A stretch of 64,000 nt of DNA, taken from assembly GCA_003223135.1 (NCBI GenBank), contig QHXX01000032.1:21031-85030 (forward strand), in the 5' to 3' direction. The notes under the pieces were generated by a model. That model made no database searches. It was not told the DNA's origin and was given only the letters and a program-made list of their open reading frames with translations. The position numbers were made by a program, and so were the translations under genes. Positions 25,526-35,133 of this stretch are shown here, in pieces (within the stretch, counting starts at the first letter, position 1; every line of letters starts with the position of its first letter). The stretch comes from Acidobacteriota bacterium. Lineage in GTDB: Bacteria > Acidobacteriota > Polarisedimenticolia > Gp22-AA2.

Positions 25526-26845
25526 GTGCCGACAAACGGGGAGGCGGCGCGCAGGGCGGTGCACTTCGCAATGGGAGGGTTGGCCTTCGTGCTTCCCTGC
25601 CTGACGCCACGGCTGGCCGCCTGCGCCGCAGGGAGCGCTGTCGTCTTCAACCTGCTCCTCCTGCCGCGCCTCGCCCCCTCATTGTTCAGGCGCGGCGAGA
25701 TCGACGCTCCCTGGCGCTCGGGGATCGTCATCTACCCAGTGGCGGTTCTCCTGCTCGTCCTCCTCTTCCACCGTCGCATGGAGATCGCCGGCGCGGCGTG
25801 GGCGATCATGGCCGCAGGGGACAGCGCCGCCGGGTGGGTCGGCCGGCGCTGCGGCCGGCGCCCGATTCCCTGGAACCGCTCCAAGACGATGGAGGGGTCG
25901 GCGGCGTTCGCCATCGCGGCCTTCGCCTTCTCCTGGGCCGTCCTTGTCTGGATGGGCCGCGGCTCGCTGGAGGCGGCCCTCCTGTCGGGGTCGGCGTCGT
26001 TGTTCGCGGCCTTCATGGAGTCGCTGCCTTGGCGGCTCGACGACAACCTCACAGTGCCGCTCCTCGGGGCGACCTTCCTGGCCGGTCTGACGCAGTTCGA
26101 TCTCGATCGATTCCGGGCGGGTGCGCCGGGGTTCGGGCGAGGGCTCCTACTGGGGGCGGCGGTCAATCTCGTCCTGGCCGTCCTGTTTCATCGAAGCGGG
26201 ACGGTCGATCGGTCTGGGATGATCGCGGGGTTCGTTGTCGGCGTTCTGACGTTCACCTTCGCCGGCTGGCGTGGGTTCCTGGTTCTCATCTCCTTCTTCA
26301 TCCTCGGGAGCACATCGACACGCCTGGGGCTGCGCCGCAAGGAGCGGCTCGGTATCGCGCAGGAGATGAAGGGCGCGCGATCGGCGCGGCACGCGCTGGC
26401 CAACTGTGGTGTCGCCGTGTACCTGGCGTTCCTCGCGGCCACCGCCACAACACCGGAAATCTTTTCCCTGGCGTTTGTGTGCGCCTACGCCACCGCCGCC
26501 TTCGACACCGTGAGCAGCGAAATCGGTCGGGCGTACGGTGGCCGGCCCGTCCTGATCACGACCTTCCGGCCGGTACCGGCGGGCACCAACGGCGCGGTCT
26601 CCTGGCTCGGAACGTTCGCAGGGATGGCGGCTGCGGCTGTCGTATGCGCCGTGGCGATCGCCGACGGGTACCTGGGGCCTCGCTGGTTGGTCGTCGTGCT
26701 CGTCGCGGCGTTCGTCGGTTCGACCGCCGATTCCGTGCTGGGCGCGACGCTCGAGACCCGGGGCCTCATCGACAACGAGGCAGTGAACTTCTCCAACACC
26801 CTCGTCGGCGCGCTCTCGGGAATCGGTCTCGCCGCCTTAATCTAG
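25526..26845 (+). CDS. fusion of a CTP-dependent prenol (phytol/dolichol) kinase-like domain and a DUF92/COG1836 (VTE6-type) integral membrane domain
   Basis: The N-terminal about 200 aa are multi-TM, COG0170-like. The C-terminal about 240 aa carry DUF92 hallmarks, for example TRGLIDNEAVNFSNTLVGA. Confidence 0.6.
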   Translation: MPTNGEAARRAVHFAMGGLAFVLPCLTPRLAACAAGSAVVFNLLLLPRLAPSLFRRGEIDAPWRSGIVIYPVAVLLLVLLFHRRMEIAGAAWAIMAAGDSAAGWVGRRCGRRPIPWNRSKTMEGSAAFAIAAFAFSWAVLVWMGRGSLEAALLSGSASLFAAFMESLPWRLDDNLTVPLLGATFLAGLTQFDLDRFRAGAPGFGRGLLLGAAVNLVLAVLFHRSGTVDRSGMIAGFVVGVLTFTFAGWRGFLVLISFFILGSTSTRLGLRRKERLGIAQEMKGARSARHALANCGVAVYLAFLAATATTPEIFSLAFVCAYATAAFDTVSSEIGRAYGGRPVLITTFRPVPAGTNGAVSWLGTFAGMAAAAVVCAVAIADGYLGPRWLVVVLVAAFVGSTADSVLGATLETRGLIDNEAVNFSNTLVGALSGIGLAALI

Positions 26846-26990
26846 AACCCTCCCCGGCGCTCACGAGGCCCACCGCTCGACCATGTCGACCAGGCCGTTG
26901 ATGGCGGGATCGCGGGAGGGCAGCCCGACGACGTACTGCCTGCCGGGAACATCCAGGACGAGCCTCTCTCCGGATCCCTTCCCGGACCAG

Positions 26991-27440
26991 TCATCGGGGC
27001 GTGCCGAGGCGATGGCGGCGCAAGACGTCGATTTCGGCGGCGGCCAGCCTGCGCCTGAGCGTTCGGCCGCGCGCGCTCCGCGTCCAGATCTCTCCGTCGC
27101 TCTCGACGATGATCTGCGAGCCGTCCCTGTGCGCCGCCATCGGCGTCGTGAACGAGGGCAGGGGAGCGCGCTTCGAAGGCTTCATGGCCTGCCCGCGGAC
27201 CAGGTCGCCGTTCGCCTTGGGAACCGTACCGAGGTATCCCAGCCTGCGCATGGATTCCATCATCGGCGCGGCAGGCGCCCCGGACCGGACACCGAGCGCC
27301 GTCTGGGCCGCGGCGCTGCCGAAGACCCCTTCGTAAGTCACGCCCTCGGGCAATTCGACCGGGACGCGCATGGGCGTGGACTGGCCCGTGGCGTTCGAGA
27401 CCTCGGTGTCCACGGCCACGAACGATGTGCAGGCCGTCAT
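26991..27440 (-). CDS. hypothetical protein (supported mainly by codon-position GC bias)
   Basis: 149-aa minus-strand ORF with third-position GC of about 85% in the sampled stretch, against about 70% for the overlapping plus-strand ORF. It lies divergent to the ECF sigma gene. Confidence 0.35.
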   Translation of the reverse strand: MTACTSFVAVDTEVSNATGQSTPMRVPVELPEGVTYEGVFGSAAAQTALGVRSGAPAAPMMESMRRLGYLGTVPKANGDLVRGQAMKPSKRAPLPSFTTPMAAHRDGSQIIVESDGEIWTRSARGRTLRRRLAAAEIDVLRRHRLGTPR

Positions 27441-27565
27441 CAGACGGTAGCGCAGCCCCAGCTCGGCCTGGAACGTTCCTTCACGCCGGTAGGACAGGGA
27501 TGGGGCGGGCGGAGTTCCGCGAGGAGCATTTTTGGGTCACCCGGGCCGCGGGCGCGCGCGACCTG

Positions 27566-27594
27566 GGAACTTGGGCGTGCCGGAGGATGTCTCA
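27566..27594 (+). promoter_or_regulatory. putative ECF-type autoregulatory promoter GGAACTT-N16-GTCTCA
   Basis: The motif matches the RpoE-like consensus (GGAACTT ... TCTNA) and ends about 20 nt upstream of the ATG at 27614. Confidence 0.4.
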
Positions 27595-27613
27595 TGTCGG
27601 GAAAGGCGAATCG

Positions 27614-28306
27614 ATGAGCACAATCGTGCGGCCGCGTGGCATGCTGTCGCGGATGACCTGGGGCACGAGGGCCAAGCCCGGTGAGACGGGGGATCAACGG
27701 GCTCCCGCGCCGGGAAGCGAAACGGAAGAAATGCCTCTGGTGGAGCGGGCGCGGCGGGGGGACCGCGAAGCGTTCGATCTCCTCGTCGAGCGCCACCTGC
27801 AACACGTCTGGGCGGTCGTCTGGCGGATCCTGCGCCACCATGAGGACACCGAGGACGTCGTGCAGGAGGTCTTCCTGGCGGCGTTTCAGGCCCTGCCGCG
27901 CTACAGAGGCGAGTCACGACTCTCGACATGGCTCCATCGGATCGCCGTGACGCGGGCCCTCAACCACCTCGATCGAAAAGAGGAAAAAATGCGACGCGCG
28001 CTCAGGAGTGTCGAGGACGTGACCGACCGCCTGGAAACAAGCGCAGACGGTCCTTCGGCGTGGGTCCTGCGCGAAACTCCTTCCCCCCTCCAGGCCCTGG
28101 AAGCGGACGAGCTCGTTCGTCGGCTGGCCTCCTGCCTGTCGCGACTTCCGGCCGCCTGGAGGCTCGTCCTGACATTGCGTGACGTGGACGCCCGCTCCTA
28201 CGAAGAGATCGCCGGGCTCGCCGGCCTGGCCCTGGGGACGGTACGCTCTCGACTGTCGCGGGCACGCCTGGCGCTGCGGCAGTGCGTCGCCGGAGATGCC
28301 CCATGA
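27614..28306 (+). CDS. ECF (sigma-70 family, group 4) RNA polymerase sigma factor
   Basis: LVERARRGDREAFDLLVERH begins region 2, and a region 4 HTH is present. The start is chosen downstream of the predicted promoter; ATG 27731 is an alternative. Confidence 0.8.
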   Translation: MSTIVRPRGMLSRMTWGTRAKPGETGDQRAPAPGSETEEMPLVERARRGDREAFDLLVERHLQHVWAVVWRILRHHEDTEDVVQEVFLAAFQALPRYRGESRLSTWLHRIAVTRALNHLDRKEEKMRRALRSVEDVTDRLETSADGPSAWVLRETPSPLQALEADELVRRLASCLSRLPAAWRLVLTLRDVDARSYEEIAGLAGLALGTVRSRLSRARLALRQCVAGDAP

Positions 28307-29475
28307 GCTTCCGGCAGGACGACCATCCGCACGACCTGCTCTCCCCCTACCTGGACGGTGAGCTGGAGGAGAAGGCGCGGGCTGCGATCGAAGCGCACCT
28401 TGCGGGATGCTCCTCCTGCCGGGTGCTCGTGGAGGATTTCCGATCCATGGCCGCGTCCGAGGCGGCGGAGGCGCCGCCTCCCATACCCGCCGATCTCCGT
28501 GGCCGGATTCGCCTGGCCCTCGATCCGAAGCGAGCCTCGGGCGGCGCGGTCCTCGGGGGGTGGATTTGGTCCTACCGCCTCGGACTCGCCGCGGCGGCCG
28601 GCGTCGTGATGGTGATTGGGCTGTGGGCTCTGCGGCAGGAGCCGTCCCCGCCGGTCGGCACCGCGGTGCCCGCGCCGGTCGTTCCAGACACCGCGGGAGA
28701 CCTTGAACGTCCCGGCGCCGGAGCCGGAGTCGCGCCGCCGCCCGTGGCCCCGGCGAGGCCGGAGGAGAAGGAGACAATGAAACGATTCAAATCGCTCGGG
28801 TACACCGGTGCTGAGTCACCGAAGAAGAGCGAGCCTGTTTCGCCTCCCCCTTCGGCGCATCAGAGACTCTCGGACGGAGCGCTTCCCACGCGGGAGGCGC
28901 CGGCGCCCCCGGCCGCCTCTCAGGGGTGGGAGGGGAAGACGACTCCGCCGGCTCAGGCCGTCCCGAAATCCGGGTCCGGTGGATCGCACGAGGAGGCCCC
29001 GATGGGTGAGCCCGAAATTGCGCGCATGCAGGCCGCAAGGACGGCCGCCGGCGCACCGCCCTCCGAGTACGGGGCGCCCTCGGGCCGAAGTCTCGTGGTC
29101 GAATTCCCGGCCTACCGGGTCTTGGTCTTCGAGGACGGCACGATCGCCCTGTCGGCAAAGGGGTACTCCTGCGCTGCGCGGCGGGACGGATCGTCCGTCG
29201 ACCCCGACCTCGCGGCGCTCTTCACCCTGGCTTCCTCCTCCGGCGAGGGAGGGTCGGGGAACAAAGGCCCTGCACCGGCCGGCGGGCCGGTCGTCCGGCT
29301 GGTCGAGCCGCCGGCCGGCGCCGAGAGGGCATCGGGCGCGATCGCGGGGGTGGTGGTGCAGGCCGCGAAGTCGATCGAGATTGAGAGGCGCCTGAGGGTC
29401 CTGCTGCAGGACAGATACCTGGCGCTCATCGAGGTGCGCTGCGGGCCGGCGCCCCGGGCGGTCCGCAGTCCCTAG
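28303..29475 (+). CDS. zinc-finger (ZAS-type) anti-sigma factor, membrane-spanning with Pro/Ala-rich periplasmic region
   Basis: ATGA overlap with the sigma gene. HLAGCSSCRVLVEDF is an HxxxCxxC motif. One TM helix (LGLAAAAGVVMVIGLWAL). Confidence 0.65.
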   Translation: MSFRQDDHPHDLLSPYLDGELEEKARAAIEAHLAGCSSCRVLVEDFRSMAASEAAEAPPPIPADLRGRIRLALDPKRASGGAVLGGWIWSYRLGLAAAAGVVMVIGLWALRQEPSPPVGTAVPAPVVPDTAGDLERPGAGAGVAPPPVAPARPEEKETMKRFKSLGYTGAESPKKSEPVSPPPSAHQRLSDGALPTREAPAPPAASQGWEGKTTPPAQAVPKSGSGGSHEEAPMGEPEIARMQAARTAAGAPPSEYGAPSGRSLVVEFPAYRVLVFEDGTIALSAKGYSCAARRDGSSVDPDLAALFTLASSSGEGGSGNKGPAPAGGPVVRLVEPPAGAERASGAIAGVVVQAAKSIEIERRLRVLLQDRYLALIEVRCGPAPRAVRSP

Positions 29476-29482
29476 GAGCCCG

Positions 29483-29507
29483 CCCGCCGAGGTCGGCGGG
29501 TTCGTTG
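29483..29507 (+). terminator. putative terminator hairpin after the anti-sigma gene
   Basis: Stem CCCGCCG/CGGCGGG with a 4-nt loop, followed by ttcgttg (weak U-tract). Confidence 0.4.
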
Positions 29508-29557
29508 AGGTCGCGATTTGTGCGGCCGCGGGCCGGCGAGTATCCTACGCTTCGCGC

Positions 29558-30577
29558 ATGGGTGGGATCGCGGTCAGCACGGTCAGAAGCTTCGCCTCGC
29601 GGGCACGGCTCTACTTCGCCTTCACCCGTCCGTTCACCCTCCTGCCGCCAACGTTCGGCGTCGTCTCAGGTGCGCTCACCGCGTTCGGGTCGGCGCACAA
29701 CCCCGATCCGGCCCGGCGCTTCTCGGCCTCTGTGCTGATGATGATCGCCCTCGGATCGATGACGGCCGCCCTCCTGAATGCGGCGAGCAACGTGATCAAT
29801 CAGTACCACGACCTCGAGATCGATCGCCGCAACAAGCCCCAGAGGCCGCTGGCGTCCGGCGCAATCTCCACGGTGGCGGGAGTGCGGTTCGCGGCCCTGC
29901 TCTACGTGCTGGCGCTCGTGCCGACGTGGCTGGTCGTCGTTTACCCGAGCACGACATTATGGGAGAAGGCGACGGCGCCCCCCGGTGATCACCAGTGTTT
30001 TTTCATCTATCTCGCCGGATTGATCTTCACCCTGGTCTATTCCGATCCCGCCTGGGGGCGGAGCAAGCGCTACGGCATCTGGGCGAATCTCACGATCGCC
30101 GTCCCGCGCGGCTGCCTCCTGAAGGTGGCGGGCTGGTCCACGGTCGGGAGCGTCCTGCTCCTGGAACCCTGGTACATCGGGTCGATCTTCCTGCTGTTCC
30201 TTCTAGGGGCGACCTCCAGCAAGGACTTCTCCGACATGGAGGGAGACATGGCCCACGGCTGTCTGACGCTGCCGATCCGACTGGGCGTCGAGAGGGCGGC
30301 GCGCTTTATCGCGCCGTTCTTCTGTCTGCCGTGGCTCCTCATTCCGCTCGGCGCGTGGCTCCCCGATCCGTTCGGGGCGGGCCCGGTCCTGACGGGGGAC
30401 CGCACGTTGCTCACTCTGCTCGGTCTGGCGCTGTTCGGCTGGGGAGCCTGGACCGCGCGACTCATCCTGCGCGACCCGGCGGCACTGGCCCGGTCGGAGA
30501 ACCATCCATCATGGACGCACATGTATCTGATGATGATGTTCGCCCAGATCGGCTTCGCGATCGCCTACCTTGCTTGA
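29558..30577 (+). CDS. UbiA-family prenyltransferase (DGGGP-synthase/chlorophyll-synthase-like subgroup)
   Basis: NVINQYHDLEIDRRN (NxxxDxxxD) and KDFSDMEGD second Asp-rich motif. 8-9 TM helices. Confidence 0.75.
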   Translation: MGGIAVSTVRSFASRARLYFAFTRPFTLLPPTFGVVSGALTAFGSAHNPDPARRFSASVLMMIALGSMTAALLNAASNVINQYHDLEIDRRNKPQRPLASGAISTVAGVRFAALLYVLALVPTWLVVVYPSTTLWEKATAPPGDHQCFFIYLAGLIFTLVYSDPAWGRSKRYGIWANLTIAVPRGCLLKVAGWSTVGSVLLLEPWYIGSIFLLFLLGATSSKDFSDMEGDMAHGCLTLPIRLGVERAARFIAPFFCLPWLLIPLGAWLPDPFGAGPVLTGDRTLLTLLGLALFGWGAWTARLILRDPAALARSENHPSWTHMYLMMMFAQIGFAIAYLA

Positions 30578-31731
30578 GCGATCCCTCTCTTGGTTGTTGG
30601 CGGCAGGTTCCCTGGCCGTCGCGCTCCTGGTCGCGCCCGGTACGGCGGGAGGCTCAACACCGGCGCACCGTGGAGGGGCCGACACGGTCGTCGTCATTTC
30701 GATCGACGGCGTGCGCTGGGACTACCCGGCCAGGGCTGGAGCTCCGGCCCTCGCGCGCATGTCGTCGGAGGGCGCCTCCTGCGGCGCCCTCAGTGCGAAC
30801 CGCGGTGTATCACTGGGTCTTCTCGTACACGCCGTGGCACGGCCTCGCGGCCACGATCCGGATGCCATTCTCCAGGGAGACGACGGATCGGGAGAAGGTC
30901 GATCGGATCGTCGAATGGCTGTCTCTGCGGGATGCTCAGCGACCGCGCCTCATCCTGTCGTATCTACACGGGCCCGACTCCGCTGGACACCTCGAGGGGC
31001 CGGAGGCGCCGGCGGTCATGGAGCGGGTCCGCCAGACCGACCAACTGGTGGAACGCCTGTTACGGGCCCTCGAGGGCGTGCCCAGGTCGGCCCTGGTGGT
31101 CGTATCCGATCACGGCATGACCCCGGTGTCGCGGGTCCTGCGGACCGCGGAATTTCTACGCGATGGCGCGGCGCGGCGGGCGCGCGCCGTCTCCTCGGGA
31201 GCCGTCTCCAACATTTACTGTCCCGACGCCCCCTCATGTGACGGCGCCGAGTCAGCACTCCGGAGAACGACGGGGGTGAGCGTCTTCCGGCAAGAAGCCC
31301 TCCCGGATGATTTGAGATACCGGCAGCCCTCACGCACCGGAGATCTCGTGGCCATCGCTCCCGCGGGAGCCTACTTCGCCGACGGTCCGAACGGTATAAG
31401 GCCGGCCCGGGGCATGCACGGTTATCGCCCGGAGGAAAAATCGATGCAGGGAATCTTCCGTGCCTGGGGGGCGGGCGTGAGGAGGGGATCGCGGAGCGAC
31501 AGCATCCGGGCCGTGGACGTCGCGCCTTTCGTCTGCCGGCTTCTCGGCATCGAGTGTCCGCCGGGAATCGACGGCCGCGCGCCGGAGGAACTCCTCGCAG
31601 GCGCGGACAGCGGGCCTGCTTCGGAGCGGGGCCCTACTCCTTCCGGGTCTCCGGTCCGGAGGCCGCCGCCGCGCGCGGATCGGCCCGTTCAGGGACCCCG
31701 GACTCCTGACTATCCTCCGGGCGGTCCGTAG
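30570..31731 (+). CDS. type I phosphodiesterase/nucleotide pyrophosphatase (NPP/alkaline phosphatase superfamily), frameshifted near 30780
   Basis: Frame 1 gives a signal peptide plus VVVISIDGVRWDY. The gene continues in another frame as PSVRTAVYHW...YTPWHGLAA...LSYLHGPDSAGHLEGPEAP...VVVSDHGM...GMHGY. The start overlaps the UbiA stop by 8 nt. Confidence 0.65.
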
Positions 31732-32338
31732 AGGCCTGGGGCCGGTAGCGCGCCACTCTGACCCTGGCCGGGCGCAGGAGTGTTGATCCCAGCATGTAGC
31801 CCCTGCCGTTCTCCGCCAGAATCAGATTGTCGCGCTCAGGCTCGCCGGTTTCTTCGATCGAAACCGCCTCCGCGACCGCCGGGTCGAACCGCTGTCCCAC
31901 CAGATCCAGCGCCTGCGCACCTTCGGACGCCAGGATCCGCAGAAGGTGATCGCGGATCAGGTTCACGCCGGACAGGAGCGGGGCGGTTTCGGAGGTATTT
32001 GCACCGGCGGCGATCGCGCGGTCAAGGTCGTCCAGGACGCCCAGGACCTTGCGCATCATTCCAACGCGGGCGATTTCGACGCGACGCTCGAGGTCGCGCG
32101 TCAGGCGCTCCCGGAAGGCGTCGCGCTCCTCATCGATCTTGCGGTACGCGGCGGAAATCTCCCGGGCGCGCCGCTCCGCTTCCTCCGCGCGCGCCTTGAA
32201 CTCTTCGACGACTGTCGGGTAGCGTGGCTCGGTCGCCGCCGCGGCGTCATCATGCAGCGCAGGACGCCGATCGACCACCGAAAAGGCCGGCTCCTGACCG
32301 TTTCCCTTCTTCGCGCCTGCTTTGCTCTTTTCGTTCAT
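31634..32338 (-). CDS. grpE: nucleotide exchange factor GrpE
   Basis: Coiled-coil N-terminus and GrpE C-terminal beta-domain (ILASEGAQALDLVGQRFDPAVAEAV). Confidence 0.85.
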   Translation of the reverse strand: MNEKSKAGAKKGNGQEPAFSVVDRRPALHDDAAAATEPRYPTVVEEFKARAEEAERRAREISAAYRKIDEERDAFRERLTRDLERRVEIARVGMMRKVLGVLDDLDRAIAAGANTSETAPLLSGVNLIRDHLLRILASEGAQALDLVGQRFDPAVAEAVSIEETGEPERDNLILAENGRGYMLGSTLLRPARVRVARYRPQASTDRPEDSQESGVPERADPRAAAASGPETRKE

Positions 32339-32371
32339 GTTGCCTCGAACGGGCCGCCGCGCAGCCGGAGA

Positions 32372-33211
32372 TCAGCGCCCCGTGAGGCGCCGGATGCGCT
32401 CACGGATCGGCGGGTGCGTGCTGAACAGGCTCGCGAGCGCCTCGCCCGTGAACGGCTTGACGATGAACAGGTGGCTCGAGGCCGGCCCCGCGGTCTGCAT
32501 CGGGATCCGGCGGCTCGCGTCCTCCAGCTTCTGCAGGGCGTTGGCGAGGCCGTAGGGGTTATGCGTGAGGTCAGCGCCGCTCGCATCCGCCTGGTACTCG
32601 CGCGCGCGCGACACGGACAGCTGGATCAGGGTCGCCGCGATGGGTGCCAGGATGATTCCCGCCAACAGGGCGATCGGGTTCGTCCCACCGCGGTCGTCGC
32701 GGTTCCCGCCGCCGAAAATCGCGGCGAACCGGGCCATGTTGGCGAGCACCATGACGGCCGCCGCCAGGGTCGCTGCGATCGAACTGATCAGAATATCGCG
32801 GTTCTTGACGTGGGACAGCTCGTGCGCCAGGACCCCCTCGAGCTCTTCGGCGTTCAGGATTCGCAGAATGCCGTGCGTGACCGCGACCGCAGCGTGCTGC
32901 GGATCGCGCCCGGTGGCGAAGGCGTTCGGGGCCTCCTCGGGCAGCACGTACACCCGAGGCATGGGGATCCCGGCTCGGGCCGTGAGGCGCTCCAGGATCT
33001 CGTAGAGCTGGGGCGCCTGCTCGCGGGCGATCGGCTGCGCGCGGTGCATTGCCAGAACGATGCGGTCGGAGAACCAGTAGGCGAAGAAATTCATGACCGC
33101 CGCCACTCCCAGGGCCACATACATCCCGTTCGGGCCCCCGAACAGGCCGCCCATGGCCACGATGAGGGCCGAAAGGAGTCCGAGAAAAAAAGCCGTCTTC
33201 AATGCGTTCAT
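32372..33211 (-). CDS. htpX: zinc metalloprotease HtpX (M48)
   Basis: HELSHV zinc motif, four TM helices, HtpX-like throughout. Confidence 0.9.
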   Translation of the reverse strand: MNALKTAFFLGLLSALIVAMGGLFGGPNGMYVALGVAAVMNFFAYWFSDRIVLAMHRAQPIAREQAPQLYEILERLTARAGIPMPRVYVLPEEAPNAFATGRDPQHAAVAVTHGILRILNAEELEGVLAHELSHVKNRDILISSIAATLAAAVMVLANMARFAAIFGGGNRDDRGGTNPIALLAGIILAPIAATLIQLSVSRAREYQADASGADLTHNPYGLANALQKLEDASRRIPMQTAGPASSHLFIVKPFTGEALASLFSTHPPIRERIRRLTGR

Positions 33212-33344
33212 TTTGGTTTTGTCTCCTTAGTCGTTCACGCGCCGTCCGCCCGCGCTGCGGGGATGGATTCTACTCCGCCGCGGCTCCGGGGCCCATGCGC
33301 GCCGGGGCCGCTTCCCCCGGGTCGGGCCACGGGTGGGCGGCGCG

Positions 33345-33794
33345 TCATTTCACTTCGATGCGGATCGCCTTGGCCCTCGATTCCTGCTTTTTGGGCAGGA
33401 CGACTTCCAGGACGCCGTTCTTCTGCGAGGCGCGTATCCCCGACTGATCGACGTTCGATGGCAGGCTGAACGACCGCACGAAGGTACCGTGGGGACGCTC
33501 TGCGCGGTGCAGGTCCTCCGGCCGCACATCTCCGGGACGCTTCCGTTGCCCCCTGAGGATGAGGGTACTGTCCTCCAGCCTAAGCTCGATGTCGTCCTGC
33601 TCGACCCCGGGGAGATCGGCGCGTAGGACGATCGTCTCCGCGCTCTCGAAGATGTCGACGGCCGGCGCCCATTGACCGGCCTGCAGATCTTCCTCCTGTC
33701 CCGAGCGCCGGGCCATACCTTCCTGGAAGAGTCGGTTGACGCGATCCTGCAGCGTCCACAGATCCCGCAACGGATCCCACTTGGCGACAGGCAT
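33345..33794 (-). CDS. Hsp20/alpha-crystallin family small heat-shock protein
   Basis: Start MPVAKWDPLRDL, alpha-crystallin domain (APAVDIFESAETIVLRADLPGV...GVLEVVLPK). Confidence 0.9.
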   Translation of the reverse strand: MPVAKWDPLRDLWTLQDRVNRLFQEGMARRSGQEEDLQAGQWAPAVDIFESAETIVLRADLPGVEQDDIELRLEDSTLILRGQRKRPGDVRPEDLHRAERPHGTFVRSFSLPSNVDQSGIRASQKNGVLEVVLPKKQESRAKAIRIEVK

Positions 33795-33904
33795 GCACAC
33801 TTCCTTACGTGTCGGTGCGCCGCGCGGCTATCGGACAAGGGAAGCGCTCAACGCGTCCGCCGCCCGGCCGGGTCGAGCGATCGTTCTTTATTAATGCGCG
33901 AGCT

Positions 33905-33933
33905 AGTATAAACATTGAGTGTATTATTGTCAA
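33905..33933 (-). promoter_or_regulatory. consensus-like sigma70 promoter TTGACA-N17-TATACT for hsp20, within an AT-rich island
   Basis: Minus strand reads ttgacaataatacactcaatgtttatact. The leader to the ATG is about 100 nt. The surrounding 33885-33990 region has much lower GC than the genome. Confidence 0.5.
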
Positions 33934-34042
33934 GTACACAGTATCTCTATACAAGTTATTTCGTTACAGCGGCTTATTGGATTGACTTCGGTCGGATGGA
34001 CTCTCTGATGCAACGCAACGTGGTGGACTGGAGCGCCGGCGG

Positions 34043-34906
34043 TCAATCGGCGTTTGGTTCAGGCTGGCTGACTCGGACAGGAGATTGTGTCCCCTGTTCC
34101 TGGGTTCCTTCGTTCAGGAACTCCCTGAACAAGTCCAGGCACAGGCGAGTGTGCGTCAGGAAAAGGTGATGGCCAGTCCCGCGCACCGTTCGGAGGCGCA
34201 TGTGCGCGTAAAGCTCCGGGATGGGGCGCACGTGGTCGAGCGGCGCCACGGAGTCCTGCTCCCCATGGATGAGGAGTGTCGGAACGGGAGGAACTGACGG
34301 CAGAATCCGGTCGACCTGGTAATTCAGGAGGCAGTGCTCCAGGGTCGAGGTCAGCGACTTGAAGGTGAATTTGTGGCTATCAACCAGGACCGTCCAGGGA
34401 AAACGCAACAGATAACGCAGGGTGATCTCCAGGCCGCTGCGCTTCAACTGGGACATCGTCTCTCCGAGCGAATGCTCATTGAGGAGCCGGCGGTAGTGTG
34501 GCGAGCCTCGCCAGAACAGCGCGTGCGCGGTCGCCGGGTCGCTGAAGCGCGGCAGGCTCAGGAGGATCATCCGCCGCACGTGCGACCCGTAACGGGCGGC
34601 GTACTCCAGGGCGATGAGGCCGCCGAGAGAGTGGCCGACGATCGTCAGAGGACGGGCGACAAGATCAAACTCCTCCACGAAACCCCTCACGCTGTCGCGA
34701 AACACTTCGATGGTGTACTCCAGGTGAGGTTTTGGGGACAGGCCGAAGCCGAGCAGATCGGGAATGATGATGCGATGATCGGATTCGAGCGGGCGGACCT
34801 TCTTTTGCCAGTAACGCCTGGAGCCCGTGATGCCGTGGAGGAATAGCAGGATAGGTCCGCGGGGATTGCCGGTCTCGACGTAATGGAGGGCGTTCGGCGG
34901 TCTCAT
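34043..34906 (-). CDS. alpha/beta hydrolase
   Basis: GHSLGG nucleophile elbow and an HGxxD-like C-terminal catalytic region. Confidence 0.7.
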   Translation of the reverse strand: MRPPNALHYVETGNPRGPILLFLHGITGSRRYWQKKVRPLESDHRIIIPDLLGFGLSPKPHLEYTIEVFRDSVRGFVEEFDLVARPLTIVGHSLGGLIALEYAARYGSHVRRMILLSLPRFSDPATAHALFWRGSPHYRRLLNEHSLGETMSQLKRSGLEITLRYLLRFPWTVLVDSHKFTFKSLTSTLEHCLLNYQVDRILPSVPPVPTLLIHGEQDSVAPLDHVRPIPELYAHMRLRTVRGTGHHLFLTHTRLCLDLFREFLNEGTQEQGTQSPVRVSQPEPNAD

Positions 34907-35133
34907 GGCACGCAACTCGCTTCGGCGCGTAGGACCGCGCGGGCGGAGGATCATAGCACGGCGCTGCCAAGCGGCCCGCCTTGATCTCCGAAAGGCGCGT
35001 GTCCTATGATCAACCGCGCTTCGAGCGAACCGTTCCGCGCAGGACCTCCTGATTCATTCCCCCGGTGACGGTGGTCCGACGCTCAGCGTCCAGGGCACGA
35101 GGTGCCGCAGGACGCCATCGGGAGGGAGGATCC

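Noticed and set aside
26883-27617. Plus-strand 244-aa ORF between the DUF92 fusion and the ECF sigma
   Set aside because: It is Arg/Gly-rich with poor third-position GC bias. The opposite-strand ORF (26991-27440) looks more coding-like, and the region also contains the predicted ECF promoter.
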